This document shows, piece after piece, positions 39,960-52,899 of a stretch of 64,000 nucleotides of DNA. Where the stretch lies: positions 3,974,508-4,038,507 of the forward strand of contig MU058584.1 in NCBI GenBank assembly GCA_013265495.1. Direction: 5' to 3'. This stretch comes from Vicugna vicugna (Eukaryota). The number at the start of each line of letters is the position of its first letter. Position 1 is the first letter of the stretch. Position numbers and translations under genes: made by a program. A model generated the notes under the pieces. That model searched no databases. It had not been told where the DNA came from and saw nothing but the letters and a program-made list of their open reading frames with translations.

Positions 39960-41484
39960 TTTTTTTAATTGAAGTATAGTCAGTTTACAATGTTGTGTCA
40001 ATTTCTGGTGTACAGCACAATACTTCAGTCATATAGAAACATACATATATTCATTTTCATATTCTTTTTCACCATAGGTTACTATAAGATGTTGAATATA
40101 TATCCCTGTGCTATATAGCATAAACTTGTTTATTTTATGTGTATTAGTTAGTATCTGCAAATCTAGAACTCCCAGTTTATCCCTTCTTACCCACTTCCCC
40201 CACTGGTAATGATAAATTTATTTTCTGTGTCTGTGAATCTGTTTCTGTTTTGTAAATAAGTTCATTTTTTTAAAATTCCACATGTAAATGATATTATGTG
40301 GTATTTTTCTTTCTCTTTCTGGCTTACTTCACTTAGAATGATGATCTCCAGGTTCATTCAGGTTGCTGCAAATGGCATTGTTTTATTCTTTTTTATGGCA
40401 GAGTAGTATTCCATTGTATAAATATACCACAACTTCTTTATCCAGTCATCTGTCAGTGGACATTTAGGTTGTTTCCATGTTCTGGCTATTGTAAATAATG
40501 CTGCTATGAACATTGAGATGCATGTGCCTTTTTGAATTAAGATTCCCTCTGGATATATGCCCAGGAATGGGATTGCTGGATCATATGGTAGGTCTGTTTT
40601 TAGTTTTTTGAAGAATCTCCATACTGTTTTCCATAACAGCTTTACCAAACTACATTCCCACCAACAGTGTAGGAGGGTTTCTTGTTCTCCACACACTCTC
40701 CAGCATTTATCGTTTGTGAACTTTTGAATGATGGCCATTCTGACTGGTGTGAAGTGATACCTCATTGTAGTTTTGATTTGCATTTCTCTGATAATTAGCG
40801 ATACTGAGCATTTTTTCATGTGCCTATTGGCCATTTGTATGTCTTCATTGGAGAATTGCTTGTTTAGGTCTTCTGCCCATATTTGGATTGGGTTGTTGGT
40901 TTTTTTCTTATTAAGTTGTATGAGCTGTTCATGTATTCTGGAGATTAAGCCCTTGTCAGTCTCATCTTTTGCAAATATTTTCTACCATTCCGTAGGTTGT
41001 CTTTTTGTTTTGCTTATGGTTTCCTTTGCTGTGCAAAAGCTTATAAGTCTAATTAGGTCCCATTGGTTTATTTTTGCTTTTATTTCTATTGCTCGGGTAG
41101 ATTGCCCTAGGAGAACATTGCTGAGATTTATGTCAGATAATATTTGCCTGTATTTTCTTCTAAGAGATTTATAGTGTCTTATCTTATATTTAAGTCTTTA
41201 AGCTATTTTGAGTTTATTTTTGTATATGGTGTGAGGGAGTATTCTTAACTTCATTGATTTACATGCAACTGTCCAGTTTTCCCAACACCATTTGTTGAAG
41301 AGACTGTCTTTATTCCATTGTATGTTCTTGCCTCCTTTGTCAAAGATTAATTGACCAAAAGTTTGTGGATTTATTTCTGGGCTCTATATTCTGTTCCTTT
41401 GATCTATATGTCTGTTTTGTACTGATACCATGCTGTTTTGATTACTGTAGCTCTGTAGTATTGTCTGAAGTCTGGGAAGAGTAC
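39960..41484 (-). mobile_element. 5'-truncated, relatively young LINE-1 (ORF2 C-terminus plus 3'UTR)
   Basis: ORF 40358-40834(-) is ORF2p-like with the zinc knuckle [18 protein letters not shown]. Poly-T at the left end. 12-bp TSD TTTACAACTCTT at 39948-39959 and 41485-41496. Confidence 0.96.
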
Positions 41485-44094
41485 TTTACAACTCTTGAGA
41501 TACTAAGTATTTTTATTACTGAGCATTTGCTAAAACAGTGCCATTAAATGTTTTCTGGAAACAAGCTAGGAGGACACGAAAGAAGTGGTAGAGTTTGAAA
41601 AGAGATGAAAAACGGTAATTTGTGTGTGATTGAGATTTCCTAGGAGTGAAACTTGTGGGGCTATAAGGTGAAAAATCCCACCGTGAGACAGAAAGGAGGT
41701 GCCAAGGAATAATTGTTGAGTCATACTTTTCCACCCAGTGGACCAAGTATTGAGTCCAGAATGTGTACAAATGGCTCTTGATATGGAATTTGATGATTTA
41801 GGCAGATAGAGTACTGGCCAACCTCAGTTCACTCACACACAAAAAGTGTGTTCTAAAACACTGGTTTATAAATCATTTGTTCTCAGTTGTGCTCCTAATA
41901 AGACCTAGACTAGCCCATAAGATCATGAGTGAAAAGTTATTCTAATACAGATAGTGTTTGTTATGAATTCTGGATCCTGAAAAAGCATTTCTTCTCTTCT
42001 TTTAGAGAAAAGACTCAGTTTTAGGCATAATTTTTAAATATATGAACTTTAACTTTACCTTTTCATCTCCTTTTTATACTTCCATGTGTTACTATTTCCT
42101 ATTCTGTTCCACTTTCAGTGAATCCTGGGCCCCCCATCCCTCTCCTCCCAATCCAGGTGACCTAAGCAGCATTTATAAGATTAATTTATTGGCCTCTTTT
42201 CCAATGGAAGCAGCCTTTACCTCACTAATCAACTCCTAAACTAGGTGTTAAAGGCAAGCAGCTGACTTGGGTTAATCCATGCTGAAATGTGAATGACTAA
42301 CAATCCTACAAACCTCCGAGAAATGGTTTTCGTTTTTTTAAAAAGAACAGCTTTATTGTGGTATAATTTCTGTACAGTAAACTATACATATTTCAGATGT
42401 ACAATTTGATGAAGATGTTCCTTTTAACAGGAGTATTCTAGGTTAAGTTTTAACCTGATATTTCAGACAGAGGACCAAGTGAAGTGAATGTTTGAGACTT
42501 TGTGGGAAAAGCTGTCTGTCTGTCCCCCACTTTCACATCTAACTGTGCCGCAGGTGAGGGACTGCAGGGCAGGAGTGGTGGCCATCCCTCCCCCAGTCCA
42601 TCTGTGGAAACCTGGAAAACCTTCTCGTATTTAAGCCTGCGCTCCAGAATGCACAAAGTCCCTAGCTCAAGAGTGGCAGAAAGGAAGTTTTCTTGCCCTT
42701 TCCCTGTGACAGAGTCTGCCGTGTGAGTGAAATGAGGCTTCCTGTCACCCTGGATAGCTGCATCTCAGCACTGCCTCCTCCTTTTGCCCCTTTCCCACTT
42801 CCTGGATCAAAGACGGTGAGTTTTGTAGTAGAGAGGAACGGGGTCCCGCTCTGGGTAGTAGCCTGTGTGAGTTGGTAAGCTGTCAGCCTGCAGTGCAGAG
42901 GCCCTGTGGGACTCTCTTGGCCTCAGAGGGAGGAGGATTATTATACTACCAAAGTCCTGCCCAACAAGATACCTTCCAGCAAACAGTCCTTAGCTGGCAG
43001 TGATTGTTTGGCTGTAGCTCCAGGTCATCCTTAGCTGATGTATGAAAGACCAAATTGGCATAAGAAAGGTAGTTTAGAGGTGTTACCGCATACAGTACAA
43101 AAAGGTAGTTGGTGAGTTGCAGATTCTATGATAAATGCAGACAATACATGTAAAATCTTATGAAGGCTGAAGAAGGAAAGAAACATTTATTTATATCCAC
43201 TATAGTCCAGTCACATTCATCATTACTTCTCATATTTTCCCACCAAACAGAAGTTGTATAGTCCAATATATTCCACCTTAAAAACTCACTTGAATTTTGC
43301 ATTCTGTTCCATAAAATATTCTTGATTGTTTTAATACAAAGTGTTGTGAATTATTGTTGAATAAAGTCGACTTTCTTGAAGGCTGTACCATGTTTATCTG
43401 AACTGTGTCTTGATGCCTTCCCTGGCGCAGCTGCCTCATGCTCCGGTCCAGGGTCTAGCTTGAGAAGCGTGAGCATGTTTATCCTCACAGCAGCCTCCTG
43501 AAAAAGGCAGTCGCGTTTTACAGGTGAGAAAAGGAAGATTCAAATAAGAACATAAAGTCTCATAGGTGCTAAATGGCAGTGTTGAATTTCTCCCCCAAGC
43601 CCTCTCCTCATGAATTTGGGGTTCTGTAAAACACAGAAATACTAGCAACACAAATAGAGTGCTGATCTAAAAGTTACGAAGGGGTTTTGGTTCTGTTCCT
43701 AGCTAAGTTACTGACTTGCAAGGAAACCTTTTTGAAGGTCCCTTATAGAAATCTTGTCTTTCATTTCCTCATATGCATGTTAAATTTAATTTCATCCTTT
43801 ATGTTGGGAAAAGGTACATACATATTTTTAAAAATCAGATACTTGGCATGCTTGAAGACTAGTTCTAAAATAAAAGCAGTTGTTAATGGGATAATACCCT
43901 CAAAAACTCTCCTCAAATCTAGTACACTCTTCTGTGTATCCCGTACACACTTGACTTTTAAACACAAAAATTTTGCTACTAATTATTGGTTTCCTTACTA
44001 CACTGAAAATAAGCTGTTTTAGTCTGCTGCTCTATTCAAGTACCCCATGCCTACCAGTTCCCTAAATGTCTAACTTGTCCATAAGTTTTAATAG

Positions 44095-44260
44095 TAGCCA
44101 AGACCTCAGATTTTAAATGCAAAATCTGGTTTTATATCCTGACTCCCAAATTGTTAGTGTGACATTGGATAAAGTCCTTTCACTCTCTGTGCCTCAGTTT
44201 CCTTCTTTTTAAAAAGGGGGTAATAATGCCTACTTCATGGGATTTTTATAAATCTTCTCC
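44095..44260 (+). mobile_element. MIR
   Basis: gtgtgacattggataaagtc...ctctctgtgcctcagtttcc...ggggtaataatgcctacttcatggg. Confidence 0.75.
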
Positions 44261-45059
44261 TGAACTATCTATGATGATTACACTGGAATGCTGTCGTAAG
44301 GTAATGCCTAAAAAAATTTGCGTTGATGTTTAACCTTGCAAATTCATTTTAAATAAAATAAATATATTCTTTGGAAGGATTCTAAATATGTAGATTTATA
44401 TCCATTAAGTGAAGTTTGCTTGAAAGTGCTAAGTAATCTCACAATTTACATAACCCATTTTTTGATGATTGATACTGTAAATAAACTGCCTTATACTTTA
44501 GCTTGATTTTGATGGAGGAAGGCTACTGTGTGACATGTGGCATTCAACTAATCTATTTTGTTAATTTGGTGGTATAAAAGGATTTGTAGATAATGAATTT
44601 TCATACTCTTGAAGATAATTTTATAGATCCTACACTGCTTCCGGATTTATACTGGTGCCTTGTTTTAAAGTAGGACTTTCCCCTGACAGTGTATGTTAAT
44701 ATTTGGAAAATTCCCTATCAGTAGACTTGCACCATCTTGACAGCTCTGTGTTCTGCTTCTACCTTGCTAATTGTTTCCTTGGGATTATTTGGATTGTGTA
44801 GAAAGCTTTTTGCAAATCCTCTTATTACTGAAGTCATTGTTGCCAGCAGGAATAAGATTAAAGGTGCTTAAGTCTGTAGAGTTGTTTCTAATTTGTACGT
44901 GTCATTTCAGTGGCATTTTAACAGAATTCTGTCTCCTGTCCCTCCCTTTTCCCCTGGTACTATCTCAAGTTAGGTCCAAGAAGCCAGGCCATTGGAAGAA
45001 GTCTCATTTTATCCTACTAATTATTATGCTGGCACTCAGGAGATAATTTTTCCCTTCAT

Positions 45060-45800
45060 GCACTGCCAATTAATATGCAAATGGACTGATAAATATTTAT
45101 GCAATGATTTAAATTATGCAGGGGTGCTTTCAGTGTATTCTGTAAATGAATTGTTCGTGGACTTCAAAGTGCTGGCTGCTGTGCTAACGAGGAGAGATTT
45201 GCATAAGGCCCTAATCACGCGCATACTGATTAAGCTTCATTATGGAAACTGCCAGCTGCAATCTTTGTTTCTATTTTATTACAAAAAGGGGAACTTTTCA
45301 TGCTTCAGTTGCCTTGACAATGTCAGTCCTAGCTGGTAGGAGAGACTAAAACTCCTCTGAGCAACTGAAGTTTCCTTATTCAGTTGAAGATTGCTATGGT
45401 GTAACTGAAGTTGTATTTTGCTTCTCCCGCTAATCCACTTTCCACCTCCCACCCTTGTTCTCTTAAGATTATAGTGTAGATTTGTTAGAAATAGTAGTAC
45501 CTTCTTTCCCCCACCCCAAACGCTACCTGTTTCTTCCTTGCTTTGGACTGTCTGAACCTGTAGAAGATTTCACAGCAATGCTGGACTGCAGTGACTATGT
45601 TCTAGGTGGGTACCAGCACAGTTCTTTCTTAGAAGCTTTAATATGGAAATAGCATGTGTGGGGTTGACTATGCATAAATGCTTAATCGCATATGCAACCA
45701 ACTCGGGGGAGGGGGGAGAAGTGGATTGAGCCGGGAAGGAGGAAAGCATTTGCAAAGCACAAGCAAGACTGAATTTGCAGTAGGTCCCTCCCTACCACTA
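45060..45800 (+). promoter_or_regulatory. POU2F1: Alternative (lymphoid-type) POU2F1 promoter and first-intron element with octamer cluster
   Basis: ATGCAAAT 45075-45082, ATTTGCAT 45197-45204, PU.1-like AAAAAGGGGAACT 45283-45295, E-box CAGCTG 45253-45258. No recognisable repeats. Surrounds the 1L coding exon. Confidence 0.75.
45578..45605 (+). CDS. POU2F1: POU2F1 alternative first exon (Oct-1L type), coding part; TSS and 5'UTR lie upstream, position not determinable
   Basis: ATG CTG GAC TGC AGT GAC TAT GTT CTA G|gtgggt = MLDCSDYVL(D). Phase 1, joins exon 2 in frame to give MLDCSDYVLDSRMNNP, the recalled Oct-1L N-terminus. Confidence 0.92.
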
Positions 45801-48800
45801 GCTCATCTGGTTCAGAGGATATTTTCAGTAAATAGTGTGGATTTAGAGTTCATCTTGAATGGAGGACATTTTTGCTTTTTGGAAATTTCTGTTGGGTGCA
45901 TTTCATGTAGTTCTAAAAACAGTCTAGATCAGAAACAAGGTATAAAATATACCTAAGTAATATGTACATATTGATAAAAAATGTTTTGCATACTGAATGT
46001 GAATGTCTTTATAAAAACCAAGAGTGCCTAGTGAAAAATAAGATGGAGCCGTAGTGCAGAATTATTCCCATAAATACTAATGCGGAGGGCAGTTGGTTAC
46101 TGCAATAGGACTGTTGATCAATTTTCAGATTTCAGAAACTATTAACTGTTTCTAAATTGGGGCTAACACTAGCCTTTTTTATTTTTAAAAAACAACTTCT
46201 GTTCTTCAGGAAACAATTTTTAATGCTAGAAAGCCTGTTTTTGGAGTTTTTCATATAGAATAAGATTTTGGGGAGGGGGTATGTGTGTGACTTGAGTGCA
46301 TAAACTGTCTTTGGTGACTAAAATTTAAAATAGATTGAAGCACTTTGGTTTTTAAACATACGTGACTCGGGGTGGCCATATTTTGTGTTGAATTTGTCTG
46401 TTTATATGCAAAATTGTTGAAACCTCTTTACTCTGGTCACCTCTCCAGGTGGTGATATGAACTCCAGGACTTTGATATCTTAGTTTTTTAAAACCTTTGC
46501 AAATGATTTTTTTTCCTGTATGTCATTTTTTTTCCACTTGAAAAATCGAGGCTGCCCCCATCACCATCACAGTTACTCAGGATAAAATAAAATGATGGTT
46601 CTGAAAATGTTTGAATTTTTAGGCAGAAGACATGGCCTAAACCCAAGGTAGTAGTGATTTTTGTACAGTATGATAAAAACCACTGTTAAAGGGGTGAATG
46701 ACTACAATAACAAACTGATGTCAAGAATTCAATCCAAGAGTAACTTGTAGACTATGTACTAGACTCATGCAGTCAGTTCAGTGTGCCCAGAGAGAAAAAA
46801 AAACTTCAAATATCAGAAAAGAGTTTACTGTACTTACTCTTTTACATCTACTAAGTTGGGAACTCAAGAAAGGAGAGGAAAGTACCTTTTTGAAATATTT
46901 TTAGCATTATATTTTAAAATTAGAAATTTTATCTGTTCTTTTAACAGTAAATATCATTTAAACACTCTTTAAATGTACAGTTGTACATTTAATCAGAATT
47001 TGGTTTTATTTATTTATCTTTGTGTATGTGAAGCAATTTTGTTAAATGTCTTTGAAGTTCTTGACAATTTAGTAGAAACTGCTTAGAAAATTCACATAGA
47101 ATACCTGTGACCTACATAATCTTTAATTTACAGATGTGGAAATCAGAATATGACTTGTACCAAGGTCAGGCTTATGATTGTTAAGAATTATGCCTGCTGC
47201 TTTGTTTTTATGATATGTGGAAAAAATAGTTACCCTTTTTATGAATGTTAACTGGTTCATCATTTTTCCCACTTTCTTTTATAATACATTCTAAAGGAGG
47301 CATTGAGAAGCCTTCATGTTTAATGGTATATTCTATTACATTTGTTGTGATTTTTGTTAACTTTCATAAGTTGTTGGCCAAGTCATTCAGAAAGCTGATT
47401 TTCACTGTTGTACACCTGTTCCTTTCAAACCTTAGTATGCTTTCAGATGATATTTAAAGTCTTCTGGATAGCTAGGGGAAAGAAGTTTTAGAACTACCCT
47501 CATTTATGACCACAGACATACAGATCTGAACCCTTTCAACATCTGAAGAACAAACCAGAGATATAATAGAATTGCCTATTTGTTTCAAAAACTATATTAG
47601 AAAAGCTATTACACAACTTCCAGGTTGGAAATGAAACTTACAGGAGAACTCCTGATTCTTCCTCATCACTTATGCATGTGGATAAAGCAGCTATGGACAA
47701 CATGGTTCAGACTTCTCGTAATTGTTTGATTTTCTAGTTAAACATTTAAGCAGATGATAAAATGTGCTCTTCAGTCAGAAAATCATATACATAATCTAGT
47801 TTAAGTATTTTTCTCTACTAATAATTATAGTCAAATGTTTCTTAACCTGGCGGGAGAAAGGTAGAACTTGCTTGATAGTTAACTTCTTTGATTATATATA
47901 TTGCTAGGTTTGAGTTCACAGTAGTAGAATAAGATATATATTAAATGTGTATTTAGTTTTTACCGAGTTTTTAAAAGGTTTTACTTTTGAAGAGGTAGAA
48001 GGAAAACAGATTATTCTTGTCTTTTTTCTTACATCTTCCAGGATACTTACTATTGATGAAAACGTATTACTGTGAAAGCCTTCATTAAACATCACCCTGG
48101 AAAACATAAACTCACATCAGCAGGCTCACTTAGACTGTCAAGGCAGCATAATTTTTAAGTGGGGGTGGTTGTGATTCAGTTTTGAAATTATTAGATGTAT
48201 CTGTTATACCTTGTAGTGCACTTCTTGTAATGGTTTATGATTGAGATATGAATTTGATACAGTCTCACTTTGACACATGTTTAGTTTGTTTTGCGGGATG
48301 GGGAGTAAGTATGGAGATATTTTTCTTGGACTTTTTTTTTATTCTGTTAGATTGGGTTACTGTACAGTCTGCTATCAAGATTACCAGGGGCTTGTTTAGG
48401 TTATAATTAATGAAAATCATTACTTACAGAAAAAGAAACTTATTAGGGGGGTAACATTTTACTTTGTGAGTTGCTTCCTCCTTTCCCCCCACCCCAGCTT
48501 TGTCTTTAATATACTTTATGCTTCATATTATGAAGCATTTTCATTCTTTTTTGTGTTATACTCTATTATCATTTTTTTTCAGATTAGATTCCCGTTATCT
48601 TTCTTGGACAAATCTTAAAAGTTTTCAGGAAGACAGTTTATTTGTGCATCACTTCAGGATTAAGGGAATCCTGAATTTCTTTCCGATGAGCTTTTTTTTT
48701 TACAAACTTGCAGTGCTTTAGTGCTGACACCGTCTTTTCCTTGAACTATAAGACTAGTGTTAGTCAATATTCTTAACCCTTTCCTTTGCCACAATTTTGC

Positions 48801-48857
48801 CTCCCTAACCACATCCCCAATTTCTAAAAAACCTTAATCGCCTCTGATTTATTGCAG

Positions 48858-48923
48858 ACTCGAGAATGAACAATCCGTCAGAACCCAGTAAACCATCTAT
48901 GGAGAGTGGAGATGGCAACACAG
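48858..48923 (+). CDS. POU2F1: POU2F1 (Oct-1) exon 2, 66 nt, phase 1-1; contains internal start ATG at 48866
   Basis: Acceptor ctgatttattgcag|AC and donor CAG|gtaaga. Translates (D)SRMNNPSEPSKPSMESGDGNT(G), matching the recalled Oct-1 N-terminus MNNPSETSKPSMESGDGNTG. Confidence 0.97.
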
Positions 48924-49144
48924 GTAAGAGATCGTTCTCAGATCCAGCTTTTTAATGAGGTGTAATAGAATTAAAAGAAGAAACTTTCCATTTAACTATG
49001 ACTCAAACTTGGTGAATAAAACTTTGAGTTTTGAGTTGTCAAATATAACTTAGTATTGCAGGAACTGGGATTGCATTTATTTAAGATTATCTAACTTCTT
49101 CTGCAGATTACTTCATCTTTTTGCCACCATGTATCAGAGAAACC

Positions 49145-49370
49145 ACAGAGTAGTTGAGAGAACAGTCCTTTGGGTCAGTTCTGAGTATGAATTATGGATT
49201 TGCCTTTTAGTAGCTATGTGACTTTAGGCAATTTCCCCAATCTTTTTGAGATTAACTTGTTCACCTATAAAATGGGGATAATAAATTTCATCGGTCATTG
49301 TGAATATTAAAGGAAATGTGTTGAGCATAGTGCCAACTACACAGTAGCCATTTGGTAAAAACTTGTTACA
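49145..49370 (+). mobile_element. MIR
   Basis: tagctatgtgactttaggcaa...cacctataaaatggggataataa...gcatagtgcc. Confidence 0.75.
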
Positions 49371-52300
49371 GGTGTTAGTCAAAATAGGAAATCTTATCCA
49401 CGTTCAATATAAATTGTATTGAAGTTATCATATTGTAAGTAGGTAAAAACACACACCTGTTTCTAATACATCCTTTAATTTGGTAATTTTTTTAAAAATT
49501 TACATTCGATTAAACTCTTTATCAGGAGAAAATTAATATCATAAAAATGAGGAAACTGAGGCTCCATGGGGGAAGGTAAGTCTGTGAAGGATAGATTGTC
49601 TTCACAGCCCGTGCTCTTGACATTTGACTGTGTGTCTTCATCATCTGCCAGAGATGGTACAGGGACTTCCCCAGTTTCTGGTAAAGTTGTAAATTAAAAT
49701 ACTCAACCACTGAAGAAGGGAATTATGGGCAGGGGTACCCAGAAGATAATAGTTTGACTAGGTTTTTCATTAGCAAAGAAGGTTGCCTTTTTGACTTGCC
49801 ATTTTTAAAATGCCTGACTATGGGAGATAGTAAGAATGAAAGTTGCTCTTGGAAACTGTCTTTGTTTTCCACCCCTACTGGCCACAATACCTTTTCATTT
49901 GAAGTGAATGAGTTGAACTAGTACAGCATCTTCCTGCCTACGTATCTTTCATTCTAAATTGTTCTATAACTGAAGATACTTGTTGATCTTTTAATGTCTA
50001 AAGCATACCTGCCTCTTTATGTGAAACTGAGCTGTGAGGCTTCATGTTGTATTTAACATGTCTCTCAAGTTACTGTAACTGAGGGTAGCCAAGTAGACTG
50101 CTCTTAGACCTCCTGCGTAGGGGAAGGGCAGCATTCTATTCGGTGTGAAGTGTCAGCCAGTCTCCTTTCTGTCCCATGTTTGGGCTCCATCTTGCATTCC
50201 TTTGTAGCACCAGTCCCTTTGCCAATCCTTTGGCTGCCTAGCTTAGGTGTGAGGCTTGTTTGCAGAGAAATAGGGCAGCTGATCCCATTAAGACACTAAA
50301 GGAGTGAGCAGGACACTGTGCCTAAAGAACAGATTCAAAGAAGAGGCATGTATTTCCAAGGGAAGAGAAACACAGTCAGAATGGTTAGAGAACACTGAAA
50401 ATGTCCACTACATTGGACTCCTTGGGGATTCATCACTGAAGTTTCAGTAGCTTCCATTTATGGAACACCTACATTTAATAAAAGCCTGATGATGTGTTTT
50501 TTAAAATCTTAAGCACTGTATGCATTACCTGATTTCAATTTGAGTTCTTATGACAGTTAGGTATTATTTTAAGGAATAAGAAATTGAGGCACAAAACTAG
50601 CCAGGAAATAAAGGCAAGATCAGGAATTACACTCAGTATATGGGTTTACATCCTGCATATGGTTTTCCCCATGAACTGTAATTAAAATAAAACTGAAAAT
50701 TTAAGCAATGCTTTGTATATGTTCAGTTCTAAAACCATTTGGAGAGCTACATAAGATAAATTCTAGCTGGAACATTTGCTGAAACAGTCTCATAAATTTC
50801 TTGCCCTGTTTTAATGTGGAGTGCTTGGCAGACTCATTCCCCCTATAGAGCTGAGCAGTGTGAATTGAGATATTTTACATTTTAGTGTCTCTAGAAACTC
50901 TGATTTTGTGGCTAAGAATTAGTGCTTTCTTAGACTTCTTTATGTCACCAGCAGTAGTGGTTGATTTTTCTGTTTTCCCTGCAAATAAGGAAAATTTTTA
51001 TTCTGTATTTCCGTAACGCAATAATACATAGAAGCTGGATTGAACATGGGATGGATCGGCCATCCTAACTCTGGAGCATGGTGACTCACCTTCTGTTGTT
51101 GACTGAAACATTTGTTGCCTTTGTAAAATTACAAATTATTCCATGTTGTGGGCCTTTACATTCACTTGAGGATAACTGAAACTTTGCATGTCAGTTTCTC
51201 AAATGTCAAAGATCTGTCACTATTCTTAGTGACTCCCACTGATGTCAGTTTGTTAGCTTAGGAGTATAAAAATATATTTGAGTCCCAGTTTGCATACTAA
51301 ATTACCATGTTTGATACATTAGATGTAAAATTACAGTTTATTCAAAGAATTATATTCTTACTGATTTTTATTTAAAAATATAATAAACAAACCTGCACAT
51401 TGTTTAATTGTAAAGAACTAACAACATTGTAAATCAACTATACTTCATTTAAAAAAAAAGAATAGACAGGTTCTTAGTTTTTGTTGGTTTATGAATAACA
51501 AGTAAAATTTTCAGTGGGAAGGACCCTTAGAATCAGATTTATAATAAAACGGAAGTTTCACATTTTCTGGATTTGGAATACTGTTATATAGATTACAACA
51601 ATTTTCAACATTTCAGGAAAAAATAATTTTTGATTTGTCACATTTTAAGGGAATGGTGTTACAAAATAATTTAAGATTGTGTTGATATGTTACTTCTTTG
51701 CTTTTCTCTGGCCAGAGTAAGTAGCTAAATCTGATGGTGCACTTTTGTCAAATAGTCCTTATATGGTCACAGAAAATCTGTCGTTTAGGTTTATTAATTT
51801 ATTTATTCAGTCTATGCCTGTCCTATATGTAAAATATCACACTTGGTGTTATTAAAAGATGTTATAACAATTAAATGAGATATCCTTAGTCTTGGAGGAG
51901 TTAGCAGTCTGCTAAGAGATGAGACAGATACACAGGTGACAGATTCACGATAGATTATGGTAATTCAAGGGGAGATATAAAAGTGCCGTAGTGGTATTTC
52001 TTTGAGGAAATTTGAGTATGTTCATAGGCCAGATGGAAGGAACGACCAGAGAGAAAGAAATTAAAGCAAAACAACGGATGGGACTTAGGTTAGGGAAGGA
52101 GTTAGGATCAAAAGTACAGAATGGAGGACTAACTCTGAAAATGGAGGAGATACACTCTTTTTTTATATTAGGGAGAAGAAGGTAAGATTAAACAATGACA
52201 GAAAATTGAGGTGGAAGGGAGAAGGAAAATGAGGAATAATTCACATCTAGTTCCATTTTTCTCATTTCTCATTAAAGTAGTTGAGGTGGTCATCTGAGAG

Positions 52301-52899
52301 GAAGGCGGGGGTAACAGTAGTAGTAATGGCAACGGTTCTCATCTGTTGAGTTCTTACTACATGGTGTGTGGCTAGCCGCTTCATTATGTGTACTTTATAT
52401 CATAATTGTTAAAATACTGTCATAAGGTAAGTTGTGTTATGCTTATCTTACAGATAAGGGAAATAAATTCAGAACTGTTTAGTAACTTGTGACTGCAAAG
52501 ACCGTGAGCCTTCCATTATTTCACACTGCCTCAAAGATTTGAATGAAATGGATTTGGGGGCTTGAATAGAGTGGATGAATTTTAACGTAGTTACCTTTAA
52601 GGAACTGACTAAAATAAGTAAATAAAAAGAATTAATAAGCTTCTTGAGGGTTGGGCACAAATGAAAGAAAACAGGTGTGTAATTTGTCTAGCCAACAAGG
52701 TTATATGACCTTCCCATAGCCTCGCTCAGGAATTCCGAGATCAGAAATGAAGAAAATGGGAGATTCAATTATTTTGCCAAAATAATATCCTCTCAACAAA
52801 ATGCCCATCTGGATAAGAGGGAGTAGTAATGATATTTCTTATAACATAGCTTTTTGTACAGAGATGCTGGCAAGGATGCTTCCTCTTGGGGAAACAGTA

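Noticed and set aside
40776..40784. Octamer ATTTGCAT (also ATGCAAAT near 2998 and 26331)
   Set aside because: Located inside L1 or MER repeats, with no reason to think they are functional.
40358..40834. 158-aa ORF with a Cys/His motif
   Set aside because: It is the ORF2 C-terminus of a 5'-truncated L1 with no promoter or RT domain, not a host gene.
40773..41174. 133-aa hydrophobic ORF
   Set aside because: Antisense frame of L1 ORF2, a common artefact.
48828..48857. ACCTTAAT before exon 2 resembling a U12 branch site
   Set aside because: Imperfect match to TCCTTAAC, and the upstream donors seen (gtgggt, gtaaat) are U2-type.
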